64,000 bases of DNA, from the NCBI RefSeq assembly GCF_009914755.1, contig NC_060927.1; one strand, given 5' to 3'. Origin of the DNA: the human T2T-CHM13v2.0 reference genome, Homo sapiens. Position 1 is the stretch's first letter. Each line of letters starts with the position of its first letter. A program made the position numbers and the translations under genes. The notes under the pieces are model-generated. The model was not told the origin of the DNA. It made no database searches and was given only the letters and a program-made list of their open reading frames with translations. Positions 1 to 13,756 of this stretch are shown in pieces.

Positions 1-180
1 ACCAAGTCTTCCTTACTTAAATGCCTTTCTTATTCAAAGAGCCAGTTAAATTTTATGGAATGTGCTTATACTAACCATAAGATATTTTCTGAACTTCTTT
101 TTTTTAACATAAAAACTCCTATGACACATTTTTATCTGAAGAATGTATCATGAGTTTAACACATCTACTTCATTTAAATT

Positions 181-203
181 CATACACACACACACACACA
201 CAC
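181..203. repeat. (CA)n microsatellite
   Basis: catacacacacacacacacacac. Confidence 0.9.
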
Positions 204-644
204 TTAATTTTGGGTTCTAACCTCTGTATCATAGATTGATAGATCCTTGAATTGTACATTTAGGGGGATTCTTAGTGTCTTCATACTTTTCTGCTTTCTT
301 TGAAACAGTGAGCATTTAGAAAATAAGAACTGCATCTCAATGACACTAGAAGGTAGCTACTTAATTAATTCATTGTGATAATGAAGATAGTGGTGGTGGC
401 AATTATAAAGTATAAGTTAATTAGCTATGTTCACAACAATTTTCATAAAGCAATATTTTAAGAAAAAATGCCACACATACACTTGTCAAACGTATTATTT
501 GTAGTATTCATTATAATTGTCCAAAAAAGGGAAATGGTGAGCTATATCCTTAATCATGTAACAAATATTTGTTGAGCAGTAGTCTAGGCACTAAGGATAG
601 AGAAGTAAAACACAAATGGCAAGTTGCTGTCTGCATAGTGCTGC

Positions 645-797
645 CATTTCTTTCTTTCTTCCAGTTCCTCTTCCACTTGTTCTTCTCCTTCTTCTCTTCT
701 TCTTCTCTTCCTCCTTCTTCTTCTCCCTCCTCTTCCTCTTTCTTCTCTTTTTCCTTTTCTTCCTCCTCCACATCTTCCTTTTTCTTCTTCTTTCTCT
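645..797. repeat. CT-rich / (TTC)n low-complexity tract
   Basis: Pyrimidine-dominated ttc/tcc repeats; source of the spurious S/F-rich and E/K-rich ORFs at 550-976. Confidence 0.9.
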
Positions 798-873
798 CAA
801 GCATAGAAAAACATTATAAGCCCTATAGTCTACATCTAAATATAAAAATAACTGTAAGTGAATATTTGCCATT

Positions 874-1121
874 TGGAAGGCAAGGAGGAGCAAGTTATGT
901 CTTACATGGATGGCAGCAGGCAAAGAGAGAGCTTCTGCAGGAAAACTCTCATTTTTTAAACTATCAGATTTCATGAGACTTATTCACTATCACAAGGAGA
1001 GCATGGAAAAAACCTGCCCCCATGATTCAGTCATCTCCCAATGGGTCCCTCTCACAACACATGGGAATTATGGAAGATACAAGATGAGATTTGGGTGGGG
1101 ACACTGAGCCAAACCATATCA
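874..1121 (-). mobile_element. THE1A LTR (3' LTR, missing about 120 bp at its end)
   Basis: Ends ...gagccaaaccatatca (reverse complement of the TGATATGGTTTGGCTC LTR start); homologous to the LTR at 2695-3056 but begins abruptly at ggaaggcaaggaggag. Confidence 0.85.
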
Positions 1122-2694
1122 TTCCACCCCTGGCCCCTCCCAAATCTCATATCTTCACATTTCAAAACTGATCATGCCTTCCAAACAGTCCCCCAAAGTC
1201 TTAACTCATTTCAGCATTAACTCACAAGTCCACAGTCCAAAGTCTCATCTGAGACAAGGCAAGTCCCTTCCATCTATGAGCCTGTAAAATCAAAAGCAAG
1301 TTAGTTACTTCCTAGATACAATGGGGGTACAGGCATTGGATAAATACAGCCATTCCAAATGGGAGAAATTGGTCAAAACAAAGGGGCTACAGTCCCCATG
1401 CAAGTCCAAAATCAAGCAGGGCAGTCAAATCTTAAAGCTCCAAAATGATCTCCTTTGACTCCATGTCTCACATCCAGGTCACACTGATGCAAGGGGTGGT
1501 TTCCCATGGTCTTGGGCAGCTCCACCCCTGTGGCTTTGCAGGATGCAGCCTCCCTCCTGGCTGCTTTCACCGGCTGGTGTTGAGTGTCTGCAGTTTTTCC
1601 AGGCAAACGGTGCAAGCAGTTGGTTGGTCTACCATTCTGGGGTCTGGAGGATGGTGGCCCTCTTCTCACAGCTGTACTAGGCAGTGCCCCAGTAGGGACC
1701 CTGTGTGGGGGCTCCAAACCCACATTTCCCTTCTGAACTGCCCTAGCAGAGGTTCTCCATGAGAGTCTCGCCCCTGCAACAACTTCTGCCTGGGCAACTA
1801 GGCATTTCCGTGCATCCTCTGAAATCTAGGCAGAGGTTCCCACACCCCAATTCTTGACTTCTATGCACTCGCAGGTTCAACACTATGTGGAAGCTGCCAA
1901 GCCTTGGGGTTTCCACCCCCTGAAGCCACAGCCACATCTCTGTGTTGGCCCCTTTCAGCCACAGCTGGAGCAGCTTGGATGCAGGGCACCAAGTCCCTAG
2001 GCTGCACACAGCACAGAGACCCTGGGCCTGGCCCATGAAACCACTTTTTCCTAGGCCTCCAGGCCTGTGATGGGAGGGGCTGCTATGAAGACTTCTGAGA
2101 TGCCCTGGAGACATTTTTCCCAGTGTCTTGGGAATTGACATTCGGCTCCTCATTACTTTTGAAAATTTCTGCAGCTGGCTTGAACTTCTTCTCAGAAAAT
2201 GGGATTTTCTTTTCTATCATGTTGTCAGGCTGCAAATTTTCCAAATTTTTATGCTTTGCATCCCTTATAAAACTGAATGCCTTTGACAGCACTCAAGCCA
2301 CCTCTTGAATGCTTTGCTGCTTAGAAATTTCCTCCACCAAATACCATAAGTCATCTCTCTAAAGTTCAAAGTTCCACAAATCTTTAGGGCAGGGGCAAAA
2401 TGCTGCCAGTCTTTCTGCTAAAACATAAAACAGTAACCTTTGCTCCAGTTCCCAAAAAGTTCCTCATCTCCATCTGAGACCACCTCAGCCTGGACCTTAT
2501 TGTTCATATCACTATCAGTATTTCTGTCAAAGCCATTCAACAAGTCTCTAGGAAGTTCCAAACTTTCCCACATTTTCCTGTCTTCTTCTGAGCCCTCCAA
2601 ACTGTTCCAATCTCTGCCTGTTACACAGTTGCAAAGTCACTTCCACATTTTTGGGTATCTTTTCAGCAACACTCCACTTCTGGTACCAATTTAC
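1122..2694 (-). mobile_element. THE1 internal region (ERVL-MaLR)
   Basis: About 1.57 kb between two LTRs; typical THE1-int text (ttccacccctggcccctcccaaatctcat ... ctggtaccaatttac). Confidence 0.9.
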
Positions 2695-3056
2695 TGTATT
2701 AGTTCATTTTCACACTGCTGATAAAGACATACCTGAGACTGGGCAATTTACAAAAGAAAGAGGTTTAATGGATTTACAGTTCCAGGTAGCTGAAGAGACC
2801 TCACAATCAGGATGGAAGGCAAGGAAGAGCAAGTCACGTCTTACATGGATGGCAGCAGACAGAGAGCTTGTGCAGGGAAACTCCCATTTTTAAAACCACC
2901 AGATCTCGTGAGACTTATTCACTATCACAAGAACAGCATGGGAAAGACTCGCCCCCATGATTCAGTTATCTCCCACTGGGTCCTTCCCACAACACGTAAG
3001 AATTATGGGAGCTACACAATGAGATTTGGGTAGGGACACAGAGCCAAACCATATCA
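2695..3056 (-). mobile_element. THE1A LTR (5' LTR, complete)
   Basis: tgtattagtt...ctgctgataaagacatacctgagactgggcaatttacaaaagaaagagg...ccaaaccatatca; TG..CA termini; 362 bp. Confidence 0.9.
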
Positions 3057-6000
3057 ACTTTCCTTCACATGTGAAATACTCTCGATTTGCTTAGGCCAAC
3101 AAATACATATTTTTTTTCTGTTTAATATCACATATTTTACCATTTTTGCACATAAATGGGTCATGAATTTGTGTCATGGTAAAAATCCTTTTACCATTTC
3201 AAGGCTCACAAAATTAATGTCTGACATCATTTTCAGAATATATTTTAACTACACATGTTAAGTAAATTAATATAACATCACAAATCAACTAAAAGTATTT
3301 TATCACTGGAAATTCTAATTGTTCAATATGTGAATGTGTTTAAGGGTCAAACAGAGAGAACAACTTAAAAACACATTCAAGTCACTTAAAAATCCAAGCA
3401 CAAATTGATCAAGAGATGACTGAGAGCAACATGTGCCAACAGAATGTGTTTTTAGTGGAAGTGGATTGTTTGGAAGAAGAGACTAGCTTCATGTGAACAC
3501 TCCTGAGTGGCTGTTTTATTGAACTACACCTGGTATTTGTTGTTTTTTTTTTTCAGGTTGGCATTTATCTCATTTCCTGCATTATTCCATTTCCTTATTT
3601 CAGCATCTATGTTCCTTGCATTATATTCCTATATATTCCTATGTTAGGAAGAGAACAGGATATCTATATTTATAAAAAATAAAGAGGGCTGTCAGCTTTT
3701 TTCTCTAAGTCTATGGGAATTAATTATACTTTGAAATGGTTATAATGATATGCAAAAAGAGAAATTGAAATGTACCTTTTCAAATTCAAAAATAATCACC
3801 TTAGCATAGGAAAAGAAAGCTAATATATTGACATTGTGAGGTTTTTCTCACTTAAAATTATAGTACTCACACAGTTATTGAATAAAAAATAGGCTTCTAA
3901 TACATTACTCTCAGAAAAGTTGTTTGTATTTATTCACTTGTATTTTGAGACAAAATATTTCTAATGTAAATATATTTTTAGTAAAACATGATTTTGAGTA
4001 TATTAATTTTAAGAGTATAAATGCCAACATTATCTTACATTTTTCTGTAGCCAAGTTTATAGAGTTAGCTGATGATTCATTTTTTAATGTAATGCAATTT
4101 CAAAACAATACATACATAATGTTTTTTAAACAAATATCAAAGACATAATATATGTCTATATGAAGGTAAATGAAGTACAGGTGAATGATTGTTGAGATAA
4201 ATAATCTAATACTATTACTATTACTTTGTTTACATAAATGAAATACAAGGTACTAAGATACCATAACATAAATTAATAACCACATTGGTGTTAATGATTT
4301 TTTTAACATTTTTTAATGCCTAGGCTTCTATGAAACACTGTGGCAACAGTGAGGAAACAGATGGTTAACTTAAGTGTCTTCAACTCATATTAAGGACACT
4401 ATGCAAACTTCTAGTAGCTGCCACATGCATATATGAAGGAATCTAACTTATATGAATGCTGCCACATTTTTATTTTGATTGGAAGTTTAATAATTAGACT
4501 TGAGTGAATTAATAATGCCCATTCAAAACGACTCCCCATTTTTGTAGCCATCATATCACTGATTATGATAATGTGTTATAGAAAGAACACTGGATAAGAG
4601 AAATCGATAATATGAAGTTTTGTTCTAATTTTAAGTTCTATAACCTAAAAATCCTGTGACCAGGCCCTTATGATCAAGAAACACACATTTATGAAGATAA
4701 GGCATGAATAAATAAAATGCCTACCCAATACTATGAAGCAGCATACAAATTTAATAAATATAATAATTACACAGTTATGAGAAAAAGGAAAACTGGTCAG
4801 TGGTGAATGGAGAATGGCTTCAGTTGGATATTAAGAAAATCACATGAATTAGTTTTGGAGACAGAAATGAGAGAAAATTTTAAACTAATTGAGCATAATG
4901 AAAGAGGAATGAACAAGGTGTATAAGGAGTAGCTCACACAAGGACAACAGTGACGTAGTTATTTCAAATTTGAGGAAACTTGGTGGATGCAGCATTTTAG
5001 GTTTCTTAGGATAAAAACCTAAGACCCAAAAAACATATGCTTGAATGCAGTAAATAACTGAATAAAAATGTGCAATTTAAAGATTAAATGAAGCAAATAT
5101 TTAAAAATTAAGAAGTATTTATTTGCCAAGTTTATCTTCCTATGTATTAAAATCATTCACATTCCTTATTAATAAAAGCCAAGGGATCACATCACATATT
5201 TTATGTACTTTTCCCATTACTAGAATTAATGAGAAAGCAAATAAATTAATGAATCAAAATTCATTTAGAATTGAAAAGTTATTTGCTGCTCTGAAGAACA
5301 ACTATAGTAAACAAGTCAAACAGTGGTGGGGTCTGTGGTGACCCTCTTTCTTGGAAGGATATTTCACAGTAAGTCGCTCTTTAACATCCTCTTCCAACAT
5401 TTCTATTGCTGTAAGAAGCCAGCCAGAGAGCTAAATAAACCTGTACGACCTTATTAAGAATCTCTCTAATAAGATGGCCCTGCTTTCAGACTTCTACACT
5501 TTGATGAGATACATAAAGGTTAAAATAATTTCTCTGGATAATGTTTTCCTCAGTAGTTATATAAACAAAGCAATAAAATTAGAGAGCATAGAAGAACATA
5601 TTATTAAACTGCTAGTATAATTGTAATATCTATGAGCTTCATAATAGAAAACAAAGCATATTTTATAGCAAGAAAACAAAACCTATTAAAAGTTTACACA
5701 CAAAAAGGTGGTAATTTTCATTCCTCAAGTATTTGGCCCATTTTTTCCTTAAAACATAATATGAATAACCAATTAAAATAAGAATTTCTTTTTAACACTA
5801 TGTCTTAAACTATGTTTTGGTTTATCTCTGAAATATATATATCCTATGATTCTTCTACTCACTGTTGCTAAAAACATACACATTGTAGAGGTAGAAGTAA
5901 GAGTTTCCTAGTTCCATCAAAATACTTTTTGGGATTTTAAAATGTGATTCAGACTTTGTAAAAATCCATTTTCAATTTTTACTTCAATATAATATTACTT

Positions 6001-9000
6001 TTTAAAATACACTCAAAAGTTCATGGTAATGTGACCTTAGGTTCAGATGAAGAGGTTACGTCAATGGCTATTTCTAGTTTATTCTTGACTTTGACCTACT
6101 TAAACTACATAGAGTGTTAATTCCTGGGAAGTTCCAAGAGTTCTAACAGAGTTTTATTAACAATAAATCTACATTAGATATATTATTTTAAACAAAAAGC
6201 ACTTTGCTTTCTCTTATCATTAAACCCTCATATAGTTATAAGTTCATAATATTAAAAGATATAAATGTAAAAATCTAGTGAAGCTCTGGTTAAAACTTCA
6301 TCATTAGTGCAAGTTATCATTGATTTGTTTTAAATGACATAAGCAAAATAATTACTTTTTGACTTAGGTAACAATATTTTTATTGCTTCTTTCCTATGAC
6401 TGCAAAAATAATCTCAAAAATGGAAATTACCCTTAAATTTTATAAAATTCTCAGAGTGTAAACCCCTAAGCCTCTCCTCAACAACATACAGTATTCCTCT
6501 TGCCTTTATAGTCATAGTTTTGGTGTTCTCACTAAAAACACACTGCCCGTTTTTTAAAATGGAAAACTTTTAAAAATTCACTCTGGATTCTTTTTTCTTA
6601 ATTAGTTGAACTTCCAACAAAGAAATAACAGCAATTTAAATCACTATTTCACTATCTTATTTTCTACCTTTATTGTCATATTTAATCACATATGTTAGTT
6701 TCAATACTTTTAAGTTAAATTTAGAAATATTTGAAATATTGGCATTCAGATAAGATCAACCTAAGAAGTATAAGCCAATCTGAGGTCTGGACAAAATGTT
6801 GTGAAAAGAGAAAACAAAGGAGTAACATCTGGAATTTTAAAAAGTGATAAATAGATGTCCTCTGTTAAGCATAACCTCTATATACTTACGTGGCTCACAG
6901 TGGGTGATTTCTATTTAAAATAGATTGTTTATTTTCTAATCATTATATTTCTAATACACATGCATGCTCTGCTTTTCTAAACTTGCTTGGACTATAACTT
7001 ATTTATAGTAAAAAGTAATTCTTAACGATTTCAGACTTTTATTCAAAATTCACATTTCATGGTATTACATTAACTAGTTTGGTATACTGTGCAATACTTG
7101 TATTTACTTAACATTAATATATAATCTCAGGAACTTGGGTTACAGGAATATAACTAATATTGACTATTACAGTGCTTAACATGCTTAATTAAATAAATCT
7201 CTATTTGTAAAATAGGGGAAAATATGCGTGACTAGTACTGCAAATTTCAGTTTTAAGAGAAAATGGATGTATTTTCTACTAGCTCAAAGATACAAGGGAA
7301 AAATTTATCTTGTGTATTATCTAATAGGCCTTCCAGAACTAAAGACCACAGGAGGTAAGGCTAACAAAATTAATATGCAAAGAAGCTCAACACTGGGGAC
7401 CTATAATTTTCTTGCAAATGGTTTCGCTTTAAGGATGAAACAACACAAGACAATACCAATTTCTTTCTTTTTTTGCAAATAGATGAAGCTTTAAGAAAAA
7501 TTAACACATGACAGCAGGTGGGAAAAATCTAGACAAGTAGATATTCAAAGTAGGGAGAATCCAAATTTGATTTGCTTAACATTTTACAAACTAATTTAAA
7601 TTCATTGGTATGTTTTTAAAAAAATCAACTTAGGTACATATATTTAATTCACGAGAAATTGGTGATCTGTCAGTCTCGAAGTAAAGATTTAGTAGACTTG
7701 GCTAGTCACTGTATGTTTTTGAACATGAGAGGGTCTACAAAAATAAGGAATTTATCATTTAAAATTTGTATTTATAATTTTATCTGTAATGAACATCTTA
7801 TCTGTGATTACTTCACTCTTGATCCTTTCATTTAACATAATATTAATATGTTATTGATTGCAAATAACCTAGGTACGTTAGTAGACAAATAATCTATAAA
7901 TCTATTTTAAGTATTCACTATACTCAGAGTTACCCATGGAAAATGATACATTAACATTTTAAACAAACAATGCCATTTTCATTGATCTTCAAATGCAGTA
8001 AATTTAAACTAAATAATTTCTTCTAGTTATAGAATTAGTAGTTTCCATACTTGTTCTTAATCAGTTAGCAATATATAGATGTTATCTGCCTTGTATTAAA
8101 AAGCTCACTATTATTAAAATTTTTAATGTATTCCTGCACCCCAGGAATATTTGGTTCTGCACTACTCCTATCAATTTAAAATAGTGTTGGACAGCCTTTG
8201 AAAATAACAAATCAGTATAATTAGAATTTTTTAAATCTGAGCTTTCAGTAGAAAAAAATGGTATGCTAGAGCAAATATCTTACTTCAACTTCCTCTCATA
8301 ATTTCATTTTCTAATGTGTCCAAAAATGATTTGTTGTAACAATAACGCATACTAGTTTATATCCCAACAACACTGAAGGTATGGAACAAAATCACATGCA
8401 TTTTGATTGGGAATTCTTGTGTGAATAAATGATTAGATTTAATTGGCTGATTTAGATATTAAAGACTAACGGAGCAAGTTTGAGGGTTTTGTTGTTTTAA
8501 CAATTAGCTTAAAATAGTTGATACAGTTGATATCGAAATGTAATTGTATTTTTCTGGATGTAACAGAAAGAAATAATTTTACTACTTTGAGTAGCAGTTT
8601 TGAACTTCTTTCTTAAACACATCAGACATATTTTTACCTCTCAGTGATGAATTTATAATCAGAGATATTAATATATTAGATTAATGTAGTGTAATGTAGT
8701 GTAATGCTATGCTTTACAACAGTGTACTAAAAAAGTCTAAATGATTCATACCCCAGGGAAGAGTTGATGCTATCAATTTAAAGTGTTTAATATACATTTA
8801 TTTAAATGTGAAGTTGCACTTTGCCTGAGGAATGAGTATTTAAATTGACAGCCTAATAAAATTCCTAAGTAATGTAGTCTTCCCCCCCATTTACTTATTA
8901 GTCATATTTTAAAATCATTCATTTAGAGACACCAGAAAAGCATGTGAACTAATTGTTAAGGGATATAATAATTGTTTAGGGAATTAAATGTTAATTCTAT

Positions 9001-9140
9001 GGCTATCTTCTTTTTCATCATAAATATAGAGCTTTGATCTTCAGTCTTCTTAAGAGCAAATAAATTTCTGGATCAACAGTTCTACATAATGTTAATAATA
9101 TATATAATTTATTTAAAATATTCTGGCTCTTCCTGTTCAG

Positions 9141-9210
9141 GGAACCATTCGTTTGGATCAAAGGCTCCAATGAAACCAATGAATAAAAACAGCCAGAATA
9201 TTTTAGCTAA
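9141..9210 (+). pseudogene. Candidate exon of decayed + strand gene (phase 1 to 2)
   Basis: Acceptor ctcttcctgttcAG, donor taa|GTaatg; open frame NHSFGSKAPMKPMNKNSQNILA. Confidence 0.3.
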
Positions 9211-9869
9211 GTAATGTTTCTAAGATTTAATAGATAAAAACTAATCCTCTTTTCCAGAAGCTTTTTAGTTAAAATTTCACACATTATTATGCCTTATTCT
9301 TTTCTCATAATTTGTGGTCCTTGAAAATTTTAATTATTGTAGACATTATAGAATTGAATTACTTTTCATGCAATCAAATTAGTTACATTAATTATTTGCT
9401 AGAGCTATAAATATGGAAATCTGGTAAAGAAAATCATTTTAGCTTTTCCAGGTAAATAATTAAAAATTCATTTTCCTTATGTTCTGAACAAAATGATAAT
9501 TGTCCTAATAAGTACGTAGAAATTTTAAATAATTCATTAATAACATGTGTCGCTTGTAAGCCTTATTTTGCCTTCACCAAGAGTTACCTATTAGTCAACC
9601 ACAATCTACTAAAGTGTCTGAAGTATCCACAGGCTGTATGTGGTAGGTTTCTACTCTATTTGTAACATATCAGCCTGAAGTCTAGTGGAGTTGCCATTGT
9701 GGAAGGGTTCCAACCAGTCATGGTGCTCTTCACATTTTCCATCGATTTGGCCCCTTTCTGGCCAGAAACTTAGACCACACATACACACAGTGTTACACAG
9801 AGGGTGTAATGCTAAACTTTCAGGGGTTGCTATATGGTAACCCCATCAAGTGATTTCAGCATTTAGAAG

Positions 9870-10000
9870 GATTTGCTTTGGCCTCACAGTGTTCTTTAAA
9901 TTTCTCGATTTGCTTCCCTCTAAGTAGGCATGCTCTCTCTAGTTAGTTCATCACAAGCCTACCATCTCCTGTGGTCTTTTATTTGGCCCAATTCACACAG
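9870..10000 (-). mobile_element. MER102-like hAT DNA transposon fragment
   Basis: ggcctcacagtgttc...ggcatgctctctctagttagttcatcacaagcctacc resembles MER102. Confidence 0.5.
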
Positions 10001-13000
10001 TGTCATAAGCAAGTAGATTTTCAATTTCTTATCCTTGCTTTGGCCTGACAAGGACCTCACAAAAAGATTGGATTATCCTGATTTAGAAAAAAGCCCCATT
10101 GTTTTTATTCCATTCTTACTAGTCACTTGCTTTATATTTTAAAATAATCCCCTGCTTCTTCCTAACCCTGAGGGTTGACACCAAATGAAAATAACTCTAT
10201 TGTTATTAATCTGTAGTATACTTACAACAACCTGCTCAAAAGTGTAAAGCATAATGACTAGAATAAACCAAAAAAGATACTTACATGTGGAAATATCACT
10301 ACCGCATAAGAATACAAAAATGAAACTTTAAGAGAGGTGTTATATGTCCATTATTTATCAAGCAGAACATTAAATTGTTAATAATAATTAACAACATTGT
10401 TATTTATTTGTTAGTAATTTAACAATGAACAATTTTTAATAATAATCATTTAATAACCATTTGTTTCTGTGCTGGAAGCAGTCAAATATTGTTCTCTAAA
10501 TAAGGAAACTTTTTCATTATGAAACACCATAATATTGTGTACCACCAAAATTACATGATGTAGTTAATAAAATAAATTCAGTAATATCTTAAAGCTATAT
10601 GTTTTTAAAATATTTTGCATACTTATAGAATCATAAGGAATAACTACAAATCATTTTAACACATTAAATTAAAGATGAAAAAATAACATATTAGCATATG
10701 CATGCTTGTATTATAGTAATTTAAATATTAACCTTTTCAAATCTTTGAAAGAAGTAATTTATGTCCATATATTACCTAGGTTAAACTTAATTATCTCTTA
10801 ATCCTATTTAAATTATGAAGCATATTTCAAATTTGACTTCCACACAACAAAAATGTGTGTATGGAAATAAACAAACTTTTGTAAAGCTATATGAAAGTAA
10901 TAAAGTGAGGAATATATTTTAATAAAAGTATATACTCTCAAAAATTTCATTATTTACCCATTTCAAAGAGAAGAAAGTGGCAGAATAAAAACATATTCAT
11001 TCATACTAAAGAATGTAGTGCCCAAACGTCTTCCTGGAATCATTTAATATAAATTTAATATAAATGTGTTAATTCATGACAATATTGGGTTAAATAAATG
11101 TTGCTGTTAGTATAGTGTAATTTTCTTTTGTGATAAATGCCACTGACTTGCTGTTTACTTTTCAATTGATTTTATTTGCCAAATTATATACCAAACAGTC
11201 CCATGGGCTTACTGAATATATGAGAACTAACAATGAAAAATGTACATAGTTTTAGCACCAACTTTGTAAATTGCCTTAATAATAGCTGGTATCATGTAAT
11301 AGTATTTTCAACCAGTACTTTTAATTTCTAGCTCATAAAGCCTTTTCATTGAACCCCAAGGGTGTAGCTATAAAAGTAAGATTTAATTTTGTATATAATG
11401 TGGCCTAAATTAGCTTTAAAGCAATAGGAGAAACATGCAGTTACAAAAGATAGGCTGAAATTATTATAATTTGATATGAATTTCTGTAACAAAATTAATT
11501 ATTATTTCTGTTGTAACATAATTTGTAGTAAAAACAAGAATATTCAGAATATATATTTTATGTCTTATACTTTTAAAACTGTAACAAATGTGTGGAAAAA
11601 CTTCATGGACATATAAGAGGAAACCAAAGGCCAAAAACATTTTTTCTCATACATTCAAGTGCCCAGGCAGTCATGAAAGCCAAAGATATTTGTGTAATGT
11701 GAACCTTCTTAGTCAAAATGTCTTCCCTACATTAATTTTCTGCTAATTATTTGCCATTGAGGCAAAACAAAGAAGGCTCAACATTGTTCTTTGGTACCTT
11801 ATATTTATATATAAGGAATATAATTCTTTCTTATGTTTGAATCGTGCTTTACAATTGACAGTAAGTTCCTATTTGTGATTTCATCTTGTCCATGTGTGAA
11901 TGTGTATAGCAAGTATTATTAGTATCTCCATTTCATTGATAAATAAGTTTCGTTTCTTGTCCAAGATTAATGCATTAAGATGATTAACTCATTTGCCAGG
12001 TACAACAGCATAATATTTCAATATATAGTAGCGTGCCAATAGGTCAAGGAAAAACTTCCGTGTATTTGTAGATTTGGATGGCCAATTTTAATGCACTATA
12101 TTTCTTAAATGTCCCAGAGGAACTAATATCAATCACTAACAGTGTTTAAAGTCTTTTTAAAATGACCTGTAACATACATCTTTTTTTAAATTTCTAAAAG
12201 AAAAAAATTATTCAATAAGGCATGGCCATTCTTAGTAGGGTGAATAATAGCTATAAATATATCTACATACTATTTTAATATTTAATATTTGTGACCTATA
12301 GTTTTATATTCAAGAGAAATATTTAGTCTCTTTCTAAATAAATGTTGATCTTAAAAATAAGTGAAGAAAAATATAAAATGTAAATTTCTATTTTAAAATT
12401 ACATTGAGGTTTTATTCCTTGTCTTTCTAAATTTTGAAGTTAATACATTTTATACTGTGTTTTGAAGTCTTGGCATATTTCTTTACAAGGATTTTTTTTA
12501 ATAACATATAAGAAAGTATTGCTAAATCTAAAAACCCAGCACCTGAGTTTTAAAGTCAGCTAAAAAATATACCGATTAATTTAAGTAAGTAATTTTACAT
12601 TTCAAGGTCTTGATTTCTGCAGCTTTTACATTAAATAATTAGGATATACAAATTCTAAGTGCAATAGCCAGCTCCAAAATTTATACAAATGTACAAGTAG
12701 GCTTACTTTTTTTCAAAGGTTTTTTTTTTCCTTTTCCAAAGGAAAAAACAAAGGATTGCTGCTTTTCTGTATTTATTACCTTAATCAATCCTTCCCCAAA
12801 AAGGAAATTGTCATATTATTTAACTCTTAATCAAATTTTGAAAATTAGTACACACAAAAATCAGTAATGGGAGAATAGTAAAATATCTGAAAGTATGTTT
12901 TAAAATGTTAACATTTAGCATACAGAGGAGGGAGTTTCCACCACAAAAATATTTAATTTCATTTTAATAAACACGGGAAATATTCAAATATTATTTATCT

Positions 13001-13212
13001 TAATATAAAATACCTATATTCAAATCTTATTTATTTTAACATAAAATATCTTGCTATGCTAATCATCTTGGTATCATAAAATGCAATATTTATTTTAAAA
13101 TATAATATGAGAATATATAAAATTATTTTTTAAAGGTGGTCATTGTTGCTACATATACCAAAGCAGAGCTTGAGACCAGCACTGGCTTGTGGTTGTAGTC
13201 TCCGTCCTGTAG

Positions 13213-13259
13213 GAGACGTTCAGGATATGGCACCATAGCAGCGCATTGAAGCCCTGGCT
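13213..13259 (+). pseudogene. Candidate exon (phase 0 to 2) or 3' part of a first exon
   Basis: tctccgtcctgtAG| ... ggct|GTgagt; ETFRIWHHSSALKPW splices in frame onto the next segment across an 86-nt intron. Confidence 0.45.
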
Positions 13260-13345
13260 GTGAGTTCACTGACTAAAAAGCCTGACATGGCATTAATTTA
13301 TTACCAATCTGGGGGCTTTTCTTCCCCTTACTCTTTTTTTTTCAG

Positions 13346-13674
13346 GCATGTCTTTAACCGAACATTTAATTTGTTTAGTTGCTGTGATTATGCTTTGGTC
13401 ACATTTGGCAATGGGAACGATCTGGAAAGCTTAGAGGGAATACATTATGGTGCCATAAATTTGAGATGGAACTATGTTTTTGTATTTCTGCCAGGAATAT
13501 CAGACAGCAAGTTACTGTTTGAAAATCTGCTTTTTCAGTCTTCTCTGCTAATACAGGGGTGGGTGGTCCCAAGGTCATCTCATTCCATCCTCAAAAAGAC
13601 AAACACTATTCCTGATGTGTCCTGCTTCTGTCTTTCCTCACGACCAAAAGGAAGAGATAGGATTCGAGTTCAAG
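13346..13674 (+). pseudogene. Candidate exon (329 nt, phase 2 to 1, fully open)
   Basis: Strong acceptor ctctttttttttcAG, donor caag|GTtagg; 109 open codons HVFNRTFNLFSCCDYALV...GRDRIRVQ (track ORF 13260-13679). Confidence 0.55.
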
Positions 13675-13756
13675 GTTAGGAAGATATTCTATTACTGAAT
13701 TGATTTTATAAATAAACTTGGAAGTTTTGTTTTTGTTTCCTCTTGCACCAACACAG

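Noticed and set aside
550-976. Overlapping ORFs of 67-135 aa rich in S/F or E/K/R
   Set aside because: They result from a stop-poor CT-rich simple repeat running into a THE1 LTR
2778-2808. PRDM9 recombination-hotspot motif expected in THE1A/B LTRs
   Set aside because: The site reads tctcttcagctac on the minus strand rather than CCTCCCTAGCCAC, and the other LTR lacks this segment
1412-3033. Multiple ORFs up to 136 aa
   Set aside because: All lie within the THE1 internal region or LTR and are fragments of a decayed MaLR ORF or its antisense strand
5305-5430. Minus-strand frame LSGWLLTAIEMLEEDVKERLTVKYPSKKEGHHRPHHCLTCLL* resembling a terminal exon
   Set aside because: Only about 42 codons, weak acceptor, no recognisable protein, and it overlaps an equally plausible + strand candidate
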